From contig LSRY02000013.1 of assembly GCA_001643675.2 (NCBI GenBank), forward strand, positions 1,736,001 to 1,800,000: 64,000 nt of DNA. Reading direction: 5' to 3'. The position numbers and the translations under genes are program-made. The notes under the pieces were generated by a model. It did not search any database. It was not told the DNA's origin and saw nothing but the letters and a program-made list of their open reading frames with translations. Shown piece by piece: positions 24,600-38,394 of the stretch. The DNA is from Monocercomonoides exilis PA203 (lineage: Eukaryota; Protista; Preaxostyla). The stretch's first letter is position 1, and each line of letters opens with the position of its first letter.

Positions 24600-25560
24600 C
24601 AAATAAGAATAATCTCAAAACTTCTGGCTCTTTTGCAAAAGATTCCAGAGCTTCCCTCTCTTTGTGGTATTCCTGTTCATGGCCAATCTGTATTCATTGA
24701 AAGAACATTTTAAAAGAAAAACGAACAAAACAAAAAAAGTCAAACCATCTTTTTTTTGGCCTCGAAATATTTTCCCATCTCCAATGGATTGGTAATTATC
24801 AGCCCAGCTGGCTTTCTTGTTCTAAGAATCCATTGTGAAGCAGGCAATGATTTCACATGAAAATACACATTCTCCAAATAAACAAAAAATGCACTCCTTT
24901 TCAAAATCAAATTCAACGTCATGTCTTTTCTGGCAGCGCACCAACGGGTTTCGCGCAAAATGCAAATGAAATTGTTGTAAATGCCTGCTGAGTGCTTTAT
25001 TCTGCTCGCTTCCTCCATTGTCCAACCACTCAATTCCCTTTCCTTTTCCACAAAGCCAATGTTCCATTAAAAAAACCATATAAAGCAAGTCCTGCCCAAA
25101 AGATATGCCAAGTGCACTGCACTTCCCACAAAATGACAAAGCGGTTCAATTCAATCTTTCTGATATTCTCCTCCCTTTTTCTGCATCTTGCTTGAGTTAT
25201 TTTTCATTCAAAATATCGCGGCCAATGTTGCACCATATGTTTTGCAATAAATAGCCATGTTCGTATTTCATGCAATTTCCCCTGCCAATTCACTTTTCGA
25301 AAGCAATCGATGCAAACAGCCAATGCTTATCCATCAGAAAATATAATCCTTGCTCTTCTGCAGTACTACAACTCGCATGGATGCATCCGTGGCTGTGTGC
25401 CTAAGAAGCTCAAATATGCTTAGGCTGCTGCAAATCACCAATAAAAAATCATCAGTTATTAAATTATAGGTTGGCCACCCTTATTTATTTGCTCAAAAAG
25501 GAGATTTTTTAATCCAAAGATTTGTTTGTTTTAATGCAAATGACATCGACGTCACATGAA
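24600..25560 (-). mobile_element. Decayed Mutator/MULE-like transposase relic divergent from copy B
   Basis: Multi-frame motifs at MULE-like spacing: degenerate first Asp region ~25400, QDAEKG ~25187, QCTWHIF ~25115, RNTTKRGKLWNLLQK ~24650. Many stops and frameshifts. Confidence 0.4.
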
Positions 25561-25766
25561 AATGTGTGGAATAAAGCGTTATTAGATATTTGATTTGGTT
25601 CTTTTAATTCTTTTAATTTGAACAAAACACGAATATTTCGAAAATGAATTTATTTGTTGTTTTTGATTCACTTTGTGATTTCTCAGCCAACTTCAAAAAG
25701 TCGAATATTTCTTGGTTTGTAAAGTGTTATAAGAAATGAATGGTTGAATGAACAAATGATTGTTAT

Positions 25767-27114
25767 TTGTTCTTTGATTTTTCAATTTTTTTAGAGAAAC
25801 TTTCGCAGTTGGAACAATTCACTGGAGCCGAACAGAAACAGATTATCGAAGAAGTGAATGGGATATTGGATGAAATGGAAAGAAAAGAATTGGAATCTGT
25901 TTTATCAGATGAACTATCCAACAAAATACATAAAATGATAAAAGAAAAGAAACTTTCGATGGAAAATGCAATTTTGTTGTTGAAGCACATTGGATATTTG
26001 AAAACGTTGAAAAGAATAAATATTTATGACTTTGAAAAAATTTCTTTGGGTGAAAGAATTGATAAGATGAATGCTGAAGAGGAAGAGAAAAAAGAAAAAA
26101 AGAATGAAAAGTTACTGGCTGATCTTTGCGAATGCTATCTTTTGTTGAACAGCATAGTATTCTTAGAATTGATACCTATTTGTATATCTCGCCTTTTGAA
26201 AGTTGTGCAGAACAAAGAGGAAAACGAAGATATTCGAAAAGAAGTGGAAATGGCTTTGCTGGCTTTGAGTATATCTGGATGTTGGGTATGAACATAGTTA
26301 TTTCATTTTTGATATTATATATATATATATATTTTAAAATAATTCTGATTAGAAAGTGCCAAAAGAGCTGTATTTGAATAAGATTACAGAAATCATCAAA
26401 TATCATCAAGAGCATCACAATCTGACGCAACTCGCCTATCTGTCTGCTTGGGGGTTTCTGATAGACCGATTATACAAAGATGAAAGCTTGGAAGAAATGT
26501 TTGTAAATGAGCTTCATTTTATAAGAGAGGCAGAAGGAGAAATTGAAGATCTGTCAAAGAGTTTGAATTTGAAGATGAAAGAAGAAGGAAGAGAAAAAGA
26601 ACCGAATGAAGTGTTTTTAATCGGGAGATGGTTCACTGTTATTGAACATTACTTTTCCTCGTGCAAAATGTGGAACGAAGAAATTACTGGACTTATTCGC
26701 AACCTTGTTCGAGTGTTTCGATTATTAAATGATAAATACCCATTTACAAGATTTGTATGCATTTGTTCATTTGACATGGCAGCAAGAAATAGAAATGCGA
26801 AGATTGATGTCTTGTTGAAAAGCGGAGCCATGGATGCAGTTTTTGAGGAGATTCAGCGGCAAACACTGGAAGAAGAAATAGTAAATGAATGTTTGATTTT
26901 ATTTTTGGTTATTTCAAGAAGAATGAAATTCAAGGAGAAAGATGAAATAGAAGAAGCAAAAAGAAAGGCAACCAAAAGGAAGATATTTGAAAAATTGGAA
27001 GAGGAAGGACACGAAGATACCATCACAAGCATTTATGAATGCATTGAGTTTTTCATAGAAAAATTTAATTTTACAATGTCATTGAATATTTCAGATTATC
27101 TTGTGAATGTCTGA
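25767..27114 (+). CDS. EIIKYHQEH-family protein, copy B (exons 25795-26285, 26353-27114; small upstream exon ending ~25714)
   Basis: Phase-0 intron 26286-26352 (GTATGA..TTAG) joins the two ORFs. All family motifs present. Start codon unresolved. Confidence 0.8.
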
Positions 27115-28533
27115 CAGAGAGAAATGTTTCATCTTTTGTAACTCAAAAATATTTTATTTTTTCTTTTTAATTGGTTGATGATTCTTCAAAACTTTTGATA
27201 TGCTTTCTTTATTAATGAGGTTTTTTTTTTTTTTTACCGAGATTATCTGACCATTTTTCAGATTGTTCTGTAAATGTTCGAGGAAATGAGATATTCTTTA
27301 TTCTGTGAATCAAAATTTTTATTTATTTTTTTCTTTCAGCGTCATATCGCAATTCGACAAACTACGAGTGAGTTTTGTATCTTTATTTATATCATTTCAC
27401 AAAATGGAAAACAAATATTCATTTAAATCTTATTTCAAAAGCCAGCTTTTCATGATTTGGAAATGGAGAAAAGCTTTTTTTTTTTTTTTTTTTAAAAAAA
27501 AGAAAGAAGAAAAAGAAAAAGAACACATTGCTTTTTCTTGCTGGACATTTTTTGCTGCAACCTGCATCTCCTTCTGCATTCTGAAAGTTTCCTCTCATTT
27601 GAATTTGAAAATTTTTTTTTGTACCGGCAAATAAAGCTCATTAAATAATTATAAAACATGTTAAAAGAAACCGCTTTTATACGATGAGCTTTTTGCATGA
27701 CTTTTGGATCAACAAAAGAGCTGGTATTTATTATTTCAAAATTAATTACGATGAAAAATACAAACGGATTTCAAAATCGTTTGTTTGACAATATTTTTCT
27801 GAATGTTAAAGTCATGATAAGTTTAATATTTTGTATTTTTTATCAAGAAAAAAAGGATTTATTTATCAATGAAATTGCATACAAAAAGCCAACTATCTAT
27901 TTTTTTTTCTATCTTTTTTTTTTAATTTTATATTGCTCAATATTGTTAAACATGTCAAAATACAAAAATGTTGGAAAAAAATCTAGAAGCACTAAAAACA
28001 GACATTACTTTCTCTTCTAACAAGAAATAGAATACTTCACATACATCAACCTTTGAAAAAAGTCTTAAAAAAAAGTCATTTAAAATACACAAAAATCAAA
28101 GAAATGAGAAATATTGTTTCAGTTGAAAAAGTGATGAACAATAAAAAAAAAGAGAAACGGATTTTTTTCTATTTTTCTTTTTCTTTTCAAATTTTTTTTT
28201 ATTCTTTTCACAAAAAAGAAATCAAAAAGCATCCAAAATAACAGCAAGGTTTGGTTTAAGAGGACTTTATAAAAGAAAAAAAAAGAAGGTTAGTTTTTTT
28301 TTTCATTTGAACAAAAATCATATCATAAAAAGATACTTCAGTTTGTGTTCGAAAGGAAATAGAAATCGGGAAAGAGAAGGAAGAGAAGGATAAGAGGATT
28401 ATGGAATAACAAGATGGAAAACACAAAATAAAAGCAAAACATGTTAGAAATAGAATTAGCAATAGAATTAGCTATATCTGAAGAAACAATAACAATAATA
28501 ACAATAACAATAAAATTTCTCTTTCCAATTTCG

Positions 28534-28582
<49 letters not shown>

Positions 28583-28960
28583 ATTAAAAAGAAAAAGAAA
28601 AAATTCTTTTGTTCGAAATGAAAAAAAAAAAAAAAAAAAAAAGGAAAAGAAAAGAAAAGAAAAATATTCTTCAGCAGATTTAAAGCGTACGAAATAAACC
28701 TAAGTTTTCAACAACGATCAAAGAAAATTGTCATTATTGACGGAAAATGCTAACACTTCACAAACAAATGAAACAAGTCATAAATATATAAAAAAATTGA
28801 GAAGGAGAAAGAGAAAGAGAAAGAGAAAGAGAGAGAGAGAGAGAATGAGAAAGAGAAAGAGAGAGAGAGAGAAGCTGAGAGAGAGAAATAGAGAGAAAGG
28901 GAGTGAAATAGAGGGAAGTGATGAGAAATGATGAGAAATAAAGAGAAATTAAGAGAGAGA
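28534..28960. repeat. Poly-A and (AG)n/(GAGAAA)n microsatellite cluster
   Basis: Directly visible. Confidence 0.85.
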
Positions 28961-29790
28961 GAGAAACACAAATTGAGTGAATTACATGAAGCTAGCAATA
29001 AACAGGTAGTTTCATAAATGCTTTAAAAGAGCAAATGAAAAAAAAAAAATAAATAAAAATAAAAAAAATATACACAATGAAACAAATTAGAATAACAAAA
29101 AAAGGAAAAGAAAAAAAAAGAAGGAAGAAGAGGAAGGAAGAGGAAGAAAGAACTTTATTAAAAACTAATCAAAATAAAAAGGGGGAAAAAAATAGACTAA
29201 TTCAATGAGAATTACTAGATGAGGAAGGGAATTAAAGGTATGTTTGTTGGACTTGCAACTTCTTGCAGCCTTTAAATAGAGGAATTAATTAATTTATTAA
29301 TCAACTGATTAAATAATGAGCTAATCGATTAACCAATTAACTAACTAACTAATTAATTAATTAATGAATGAAAAATAAACAGGAAAAGAAGAAAAGAAAA
29401 GAATGAGTTTAATAAAAAAAAATTGAGAAGAGAAGAGAAGAATATAGAAGAGTAGACAATGCACATAAACTAACTATTGAATAATCTAACTAACTAATTT
29501 ATTAACTAACTGATTAACAAGCAAGCTAACAAGCTTTGAAAAATACAGAGAAAATTACAAAATTTTCAAAGAACAAAAGAGAGAGAGAGAGAAATAGAGA
29601 AATAGATAGAAATTGAGTAAAGGGGAGTTGAAAGGGAGGGAGAATTCGCATATTATGTGCATTGTCTATAGATCATTAAATAAAGTTGTTGTTGTTGATA
29701 GTGATGATGATGATGATGCTGTGATTAATTATGAGCTATTAGCAATTTATTAATGATTAATTGATTATTAAAAAATTAATTAATTAATTA

Positions 29791-32700
29791 CTAATTATTA
29801 CTAACAAGACTAATGCTGCTACTGCTACTGCTCAAAAAACTATTATTATTATTATTATTCGCAAAGTTATTATTGAACATGCTTCCTGTACTGCTGCTGC
29901 TCATAAGACTGTGGTTATTGAAATAGCTATTGTTAAAATTACTATTACTGCTATTATTCATCAGGCTGCTTGTACTGCTGCTGCTACCAATAAGATTATT
30001 GGCGCCCAAGTTATTTGTGCTGTAGCTATTGGCCATGAAGCTATTATTGTTATTGCTAATGTTGTTACTGAAGTGATTATTGCTCATGAGGCTGCTTGTG
30101 CTGCTGCTGCTGCTGATCATGTTGTTGTTATTGCTGGCAAAGTTATTGTTGAACATACTGCTTGTGCTGCTACTGCCTATCAGTTGGATGTTATTATTAT
30201 TGAAATTATTGAAATTAGCTACACTGAAATTATTGCTGTTATTAAAATTGTTGTTCATCAGGCTACTTGTGCTACTGCTACTGCTACCAATGAAGTTCTT
30301 GCTGTTATCAATTGCATCTTCATTTCCTCCTGCATCACCAACTCCTGCTCCTGCTCCTTCCTTAAAAGCAGCATCGGCAAATGAAATGTCTTCATCAGTG
30401 AAGTGCATGTCAAACAAAGAAACAAGCTTCCTCTTCCCAACCGCCTTCACAGCCTCATTCTTCGAACGAAGCTGATCTCCAATCAACGTCAACCTCTGCC
30501 TCAACAGCAAATGCTCTCTTTTGTGTTTCTCAATGTTCGCATATTTTTTCGCTTCCATTTCTTTCTCCTCTTCGTTGAAAACTGCAAACGCAGTTGATGT
30601 CAGCTGATGGAAAGCAGATGTGACTGCATCTTCGTGCTCGTTTTGGTTAACTGAAGTCAGCAATTGTTGTGCGTTATCCAGAATTGCCTCTCTTCCTTTG
30701 TCAAATGAATCATGCCCTGTAATCATCGATGACATCATCACAATCTCCTTCTCGCCTTCTTTGATCGGCAGCAAATCATACAGCTTTCCTGACACATTCT
30801 CCATAAATGATATTTCCTTTATCCACACCATCCCATTCCCAAACATAGAAATAATAAACAGCAAGCAAAATACCACAATAACAATCGTCAAGATCGTTAT
30901 TGACTCTTGCACTTCTGTCTTTCCTTGTGTCAAAATCATATTCGTCATCTTGTTTATCCCAGCCACAATGTCATTTCTCAGTGCATTCAGCACAAATCGT
31001 GCCTCTCCAGTCTCAAACGTGATGTTCTCCACATCCATCTTTGAAATCCTCTCCAAATTGATCCTCATCCTTGCCAACAATGTTGTCAAGCCGTAAATGT
31101 TTCCCTGCACTCCATATATCCTCATTGGATCCACCTGAGAGCAGTCATCAGAGTCAGCCAAGTAGCACTGCGCTGCCTGAAACAGCATCTGGTGGTTGAT
31201 TTCTGTGTCCATCCTTGTCACAGACACTGTATCATACGTGTAATCATTCGACTGTGTATAATCGGAATCACCGAAATGGCAGTCAAGATGGACTGCTTCG
31301 AAGTACTTGGACATTGGCACAAGCATATCGCGAGCAACGGACGGGTCGCCAGAGCAATGAGAAGAGTTGTACATGACTGGATTGTATGACCTGGGGAAGA
31401 AGATTCTTTGGTCGGTTTTCAGCACAGGCACAGGCTGAAGAATTGAAGTGAGAAGAAACTGGATTTGGAACAAGATTGACGCGCGCATTCCAGAAAGAAT
31501 GACGTTTGCTGATGTTGGCTTAAAGTCTGTCACATAATAGCACACAAGAGCAATCGTGACTGCAATCGTAACAACCCCCAAAATAGTCGAAAGTGCAGTT
31601 GTAATCATGATTGCCTTCGTAACAGGATTCGGCAGCTGTTTGTATGCTGCCTCGTGTTTCTCAATCTCCTTCTCCATTTGCTCTTCCCAAGCTGCATCTT
31701 CCACTGCATTTCTGATCAAGCCCAATTGCTTGTTCTTCTCTGACTCTTCAGCATCTTCATCATCCAACGTGTATTTAACCTCCAAATTACTCTTTTGCGG
31801 CTCTTGCAGCTGCTTCATTGATTTGCTCCCGTTCATTCCATTTTGCTCATTTTTTGCTGGTAGATCATAAGCTGTTGATGCTCTTGACACTCTCTCCATC
31901 TGAGACAGCAAAGCATTCTGGCTCTGCATCAGAGCATTGTTCTGTAAAAAGAAAGTGGAAGCAGAAGAGGAAGAAGAGGAAGAGGAAGCAGAAGATGCAG
32001 AATGCGCCAGCGGAGGCAAGTATTGCACCGAGTTGTAGACAGAACTGCAGCCATAGTCGTTCATTGTGTGCTGTGTGGAGATCGGGGCAACGGGAGGAAG
32101 AGTAGCAAGAGATTGATTTCGGCTCCCCGCAAACAGAGGAGGAAGAACCAGTTGTGATTGAGTCTGGAGAATACTTGATAGCTCATCGTCCTGGTTGCCC
32201 AAATACGACTTGCTCATCATCATCCCAGGGCTGTTGTTGTAGCCAAGCATTGGATAGAGCGAAGCTCGTGACATTCCTCCTCTTTGCAACGTGTTTGTGA
32301 ACGCTGGCAAAATGCCGCTTTCATTCGCCTTTGGAAGCGTCACCATCTCTGAACATGCCATTGTCACTCCATCTGGTCTCATCATCATCGCTGCTGATGA
32401 TCCGACTCCTGATATGCCCATGCCCATTCCCATTCCCATCCCAACTCCAGACGCTGATGATGCTGATGCTGCCACTGTTGTTGGCGGTGATGGTGTTGCT
32501 TGTTCAACAACAGGCGAGTCATTCTTCGATGTGTTCGAATGAATCTCGCTCACCCCTTCTTCTGCATCTGTCCTTGCCCTGTTCATCGACGTGTCCTCAT
32601 TCGACAGAAGTGATTGAGTCGATTTCCGTGTCCCCACATTCTGCTCACTCGCTTGCATGCGCCGGCTGCTCTCTTCGACTGTCCGTGCTGACTGGGCGTT

Positions 32701-35700
32701 CAATGCAGGGGTTGTAGCCAACGGCTCGCCCTGCTCCACAAACATCAGCTTCGACGAGGCAACAGAGAGAGGCGTGTCTGTGATAGGCTCCATAGACGAA
32801 CTGTCGGTCGACAGGAAAGAAGCAGCTGAGTTCACCTTCACCAGCTCCATGTCACCCAAGTTCTGTCTGACTGTCATTTTCGCCTTTTGCTGATACACTC
32901 CTGACGCCTTCCGCGATGAGAGAGAGTTGGCGATGCTGCTTTCAGCGGGCTTGTCTTCCACAACAGCAGCAGTTGCACTCGATTGCGCCCTGGCTGAGTT
33001 GAAGTTGCTTTTCTTCTGGTTTTCGCTCTGCGCATTTCCTTCTGCCTCTTCTCGATCCATTGCCAGCTCGGGATCTTCGGTGAACTCGTCCTTGCTGTTG
33101 TATGAGTTGTCGTAGTATTTCATCTCCTGGTTGTCGCCCATCGCCATTCCCATCGCAAATTCATCGTCGTCGTCTTCTTCCTCGTCTCTCAGCAGTCTTC
33201 GAATAACACTCTGCATCTTGTTCTTCGGAACATCCATCATCGTCTGGTACGCCTTCATCCGGTTCTTCACTGACTTTCTGGTGAATATCACGAAGATAAT
33301 CAGCTGTATCAGCGTTAATGGAGCAAGACATGCCGCAATGATAATGGTGAACACACTCATAATCTGGTTGCATTCCTCGTTCAGCACTTCGAAGTAGTAA
33401 ATGATAACTCTTTTTGCACCATCCAAGATAGGCACAGGGCAGTTGAACACTAAATACTGGATGTTTGACAGGTACTCGGGGTCTTGAGGGCGGGACGAGA
33501 TGTTAGAGAGGAACAAGTGGTGCATCATCTGTGAAACAGTCGCAATCACCTGAAGCATCGACGATGAATGCAATGTCTGCAGCTTCGAATCAATCACTTC
33601 TTCAACGGTGCCATCTGGATGTGTTTCGTCCTTTGTGATGATGGTGAACAGGTACGTGCTGATATCTGCTGTCTCCCACACATCCATGTTCGATGTCGAC
33701 TGATGAATTTCTGCCAGCATCGTTGCCAGTTCCTCTGAGGTTTCCTTGATCATGTTCATCAGATCAACCTTCTGGATCATCCCTGACGGCCAATCATCAT
33801 CTGAGTGCGGATCGGAGAAATTGTATTTTTTGTCGTACACAAAGAAGTTGTACCCGATTGCTGCTGAACGTGCGGTGTAATAAGACAAGTCGCACACATT
33901 TCTCAAAGTGTCCAGGTTGTTCTGGTATGTGGACGAAATCGTGTCATACACCACAAGCGCTGCTATCAGCACACCAATGTTGATGAAGTGCAAGAGAATG
34001 ATTGCGATCTTCAGCCCTGTGATGCTGCTTTGACTGTTCCCTTTCTCTCCTCGCTTGCCCATCACCAGGTCAACGATCATCGCTTCCTTCTTCTTCTTCT
34101 TCCTTCGCCTCCTCCTTTCTGACCGCTGCACGCTCTTCAGGTCGCTCGTTGACTGATGCCAACGATCCTCGCTTCTTGAGAGCTGACGCTGATGAATCTG
34201 ATTTTGCTGCTCTTGCTCATGCTCTTGATCATGTTCATGCTCCCCATCGTAATTCCTCACATCATAAGCAGATGCAGAAACAGGAGATTTGCCTTCTTTT
34301 CCTTCTTCTCCACTTCTTGCTGATATTTCAAAGCTCATTCGACTTGGAGATCTGCTGTTGTTGTTCGCATCCCCTGCGCCACCATCACTTCCACTTCCTT
34401 TTTCATCTCCTGTAGCTATCACGTTCACTCTTCTCGCCACTTCCATCTTCCTCTCTCCTCCTCCTCCTCCTCCTGAACCAGCCTCTTCTGCCTCTCCAAA
34501 CCCAAGCGACACCTCGGGTAGCTCCGCCGCATGCGAATGCACGAGCGGTTTCACCGACGTTGCCGTCTCCTCCTCAATCAAATCTGCCCTGTTCAGAATC
34601 ATGTCTGCCTCATCCTCGTCATTGTAGATGTCCAACAGCAAGCGAGCGTAGCTCCTCAACACTGCTGTGCTCTGCCCGTGCGACGCAATCAGCTCTTCGT
34701 AGCTACTCCGCGCCACTTCTTCGTTCTGCACGATCGCATCCAACAGAACTGGAACTGATTTGTAATCTGGATGAATTGCAGTCACATTCTCGAAGAAGTC
34801 CTTCATCGCACTCACTGCCAGCTCGTGGTGCTTCTCTGCTTTTGCCAGCAGCGTCGTGAACGCAAACGAATTCAGATCTCCTGCTCCATTTTTGCCTCCT
34901 CCATTTCCGTGTCCGCTTCCCACATGCCCTTCGTTCTCCTTCGCCTTGCAGAACAGCACAAAGTTCAGAAACGTGCCCGGAGAAAGCGTTCGTGCCTTTT
35001 GGATGAGCGTGTTCGCTTTCATGTAGTTCTTGCGGTAGGCAGACAGAAACGACGCATACTGGAAGCAGAGCATGCTGTTGTTCATGTTAGTCTTCAGTGC
35101 GTGCGTGTAGACGTAATCTGCAAATGTCAAATGAATCATCGAGCGATAGTCTTTCTCCTGTATGAAGCGCAGAGAAGGCTCTACTCTTTCGGGGTTCTTC
35201 ATCTGAGGCAGAGCCAAAGAAGGATTTTTGGTGCAGATATCAGACAACTGATGCTCAAATGCATTCAACAGGTATTTCTTTTTCCGGAACATTTTACCAA
35301 GCTTCGGCAACAGCAATGCACACAACAGAATTCCAACAACAAGCCCAACGACTTGAAGCACAATTGTGATGATCCAGTTACCTGTTGATCCTTCTATTGC
35401 ATATCCGATTTCATCAAACAGCCGCAAACACCCAAACAGGCACCATTTGCTAGCGAGGAGCAGGTTTCCGCTCAGTTTGTATATCGGTTGGATATACACA
35501 AAATAGATGACTACTGCAAGAGAAGTTCCAACAGTTACCACTCCGCGCCAGAAAGGCCATCCAATCAGCATCCTCATCGCAAACACACACCCAAAAACAA
35601 GAGATGAGTCCACTGCTTGCCACAGCCCGCTAGGAGATGACCAAAATCCTCCATGCTTCGGATTGTGATTGTATATCATGTTGTTAATTAAAAATGAAGT

Positions 35701-36415
35701 TATCAATAGATAAGTCAGGACTACAATTGCAACAGAAAATCCCAAAAGTGGTAATAATTTAATAACTGAAGTGCTATCGTATCCGCGATGAACCATTTGT
35801 CCTTCAGACTCATAGCAATCAAAAGTTGAAATGCATAATGAAATAAAAGGAATAAACAAGATGGTGTATGTAAAGTTCACAAGCCAGCGCAAAAGTGAAA
35901 TGATCCATGGCTGTGATTTTGCGATAGCACCTTGAAAACCAACCACAAGCAATAAGTAAGCAACGAGTAATATAAAATAACTCAAGAATGCCATCGCCAC
36001 AATAGAAACAGCACTTCCTGCTACATATCCAAGAGACGTTCCATCAAGAAAGCATATGAACTAAAAGAAGCATAGAAAAAATAAATAAATAAAACGAATT
36101 ATATTTAAATGCATATAATAAAAATAATAAGCTTCAATTAATTATTAAAAGATGACTGTATCACACAAAAGAAATAATATTTATTTTTTGTGTTGAATTG
36201 TCAATCCGATAGAAACTTAGCGTAACCATTTGAAGCATAGTAAATATCCATACGAAAATTTCCCATTTCCGATTTGGATGCTTCGGCTGGTTATAAAGAG
36301 GAGTGAAAATTGAAAAACCAATTGTCTCAAGTTTATTGAACCCTTCCGCTTGAGAATATTCGCTCATCATCCCACTAGATGTTGAGCACATTGACATACT
36401 CTCCTCGCTCGCCAT
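29791..36415 (-). CDS. TmcB/TmcC-like polytopic membrane protein (~2170 aa) with a C-terminal hemerythrin-like domain and Asn/Ser-repeat tail; exons 36415-36167 and 36060-29791
   Basis: N-terminal multi-TM block, TPR-like segments (YASFLSAYRKNYMKA; LRSYARLLLDIYNDEDEAD), two TM-flanked extracellular modules, then MITGHDSFD..FNEEEKEM..Y..IEKHKREH..HFTDED. Phase-0 intron 36061-36166. Confidence 0.8.
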
Positions 36416-37329
36416 CCTGAAGAGAACTCTTTAAAATGACAACAAAAGAGCAATTTATGTTATTTAGATGATCTGCAACCATATTTTCGTTCGAATTGTT
36501 GAATTAAGTTTCAAATTATCGATCACAGGAATTTGGTTTATATGATTTTCATATCAATATTGAACAAAATTTGATCAAAACAATGATAAGTATTATGTTT
36601 TAATGATTATCAAGCTTGTCTTGTTCATGAAATTGTTAAAACAACATATTTTTGAATGCAGAATTATTTCTTGAATTCAATAATATATCAACATTTTCCT
36701 ATTATTTCAAATCGATATTTTCATTTTATAGTTATTCTTTTATTTTCATCTTCGATTCATTCCCACAATACAATTCTTGTTCATAACAAAATAAAGAATG
36801 AGTTTTAACTCGTAGTTTACAGACTATTGCAAACAAAATTGCATTCAACTACCATTTCATTTTTTTATCATGTGCATATTTTCGATTTTCATTGTTAGAA
36901 ACAATTTTTTCGAAGAAAAGAATTTCATCAAAGAATTGCTTTTTATCATTGTTATCAAAGCGCAGATTTATGAATTGATGCAACGTAATTTTGTTAAAAA
37001 ATAATAATTAAATGTTTGTTTGACTCTAATTCAAAATTTCATGTTTATTTAAATAAAAACAAAATTTCTCCGAATTAATTTTTCTGATTTTTTCATATCA
37101 TTTCTCCGTTCCATCCATTTTTATTTCAATATTTCCATTGACCATAGCTATTGTCTATTTTATAAATTTAGTATTATATCTTCATCATCTTTGAAATACT
37201 TGTTTCATTGAAAGAACAATCCTACTCCCATCTCTTTGCAGCCTGTTCACTGACCTCCCTACCTTCGATACCTCTTTTCTTCACTAAGCAAACCCCTCAC
37301 AAAACGATTCCGTTGACCATTTTGGAACT

Positions 37330-38390
37330 GGGTGTTAAAGAAAAACTCTTGGAAGATGACTTCATTCGATTTAAATAACTATCGCTTCGAGCGGTGCGAA
37401 TGGAATGGTTCAAATACCGGAGATAGTTGGGACGGAGTACTTAATGTCAATTGCACAAATGCAAATCTTTCAGTCACATCTTGTTCATTCAATAAATGCT
37501 CATCCAACGATCACGCCGGGGCATTATTCATCCGAAGTGTGGATAATGTTGATATCACAGAAACCAACATCCCAAACTGTCAGTCTGGACATGGATGAGC
37601 TGCTTTCATTTTCGGATCATACTCGTGTTCTGCTTATTTCATTTCTGAAACCAAAGTTGAAAGTTGTTCAATCACATATTGGTGTGGAACCGGTTGGTAT
37701 TTTTCGATAAATGGAATGCCAATAAATGCTTTCTTCCTGTTAACAAAATGAAAGTGTATTGCAAATACTGGAGGTGATGCTGCTGGTTCTTTAACATTTC
37801 AAAATCCTCCACCAAGCAATAAACCAATTCAGTTTTTGGTTGATGATTGCCAGTTTATAAACAACAAATTGGCAAGTGCATCTTCCATGCGCGGAGGAGC
37901 TGCGCTGTGCTGCACAAATACTTTTACTTGGATGAGCGGGAAAAAATTCATCACATTCTGTTTCTTCGATGGAAATTCCGCAACAAATGGCAGAGGAAAC
38001 GATGTGTTTTTCAATGGAAATAGTATCACTCAATACACATTTGAAATTTTTGGTTCAACGAGCCTCACAAATAGATTGTAAAAATGCTGGAACAGCTGAT
38101 AACTCCGTGCATAACATTCTGCATCCAATCATCGCCCAGAACAAAATCGTTGCAAATGATGGAACTGAAGCTGATTTCAATGGAAAAGCACAGCAAAGCC
38201 CATGTTCCGACATCGATTATTCTTTCTCGATGACTTATTCTTTTTTCAAAGATTCCTGTCACATTTTCTTCAGCTCAACTTTTGTTCCTTCTCAAACAAT
38301 TTATTTCATCGCGTTTGACTCAAAAATCACTGAAAATCACTGGAAATGGATCAACTGCCATCATCATTGTCTTTAGCAGCATTCCTCAAC
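37330..38390 (+). pseudogene. Fragmented beta-helix (GGA-motif) surface-protein pseudogene
   Basis: Short ORFs in different frames carry family motifs (FERCEW, SCSFNKCSSNDHAGALFI, GGAALCC..FCFFDGNSATNGRGNDVFF, QQSPCSDIDYS). Interrupted by stops and frameshifts and running into a microsatellite. Confidence 0.75.
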
Positions 38391-38394
38391 AATA

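Noticed and set aside
24822-25139. WLDNGGSEQNK resembling a Sola-type transposase motif
   Set aside because: A single short match. The other frames give several correctly spaced MULE-like motifs, which is the better (still tentative) reading.
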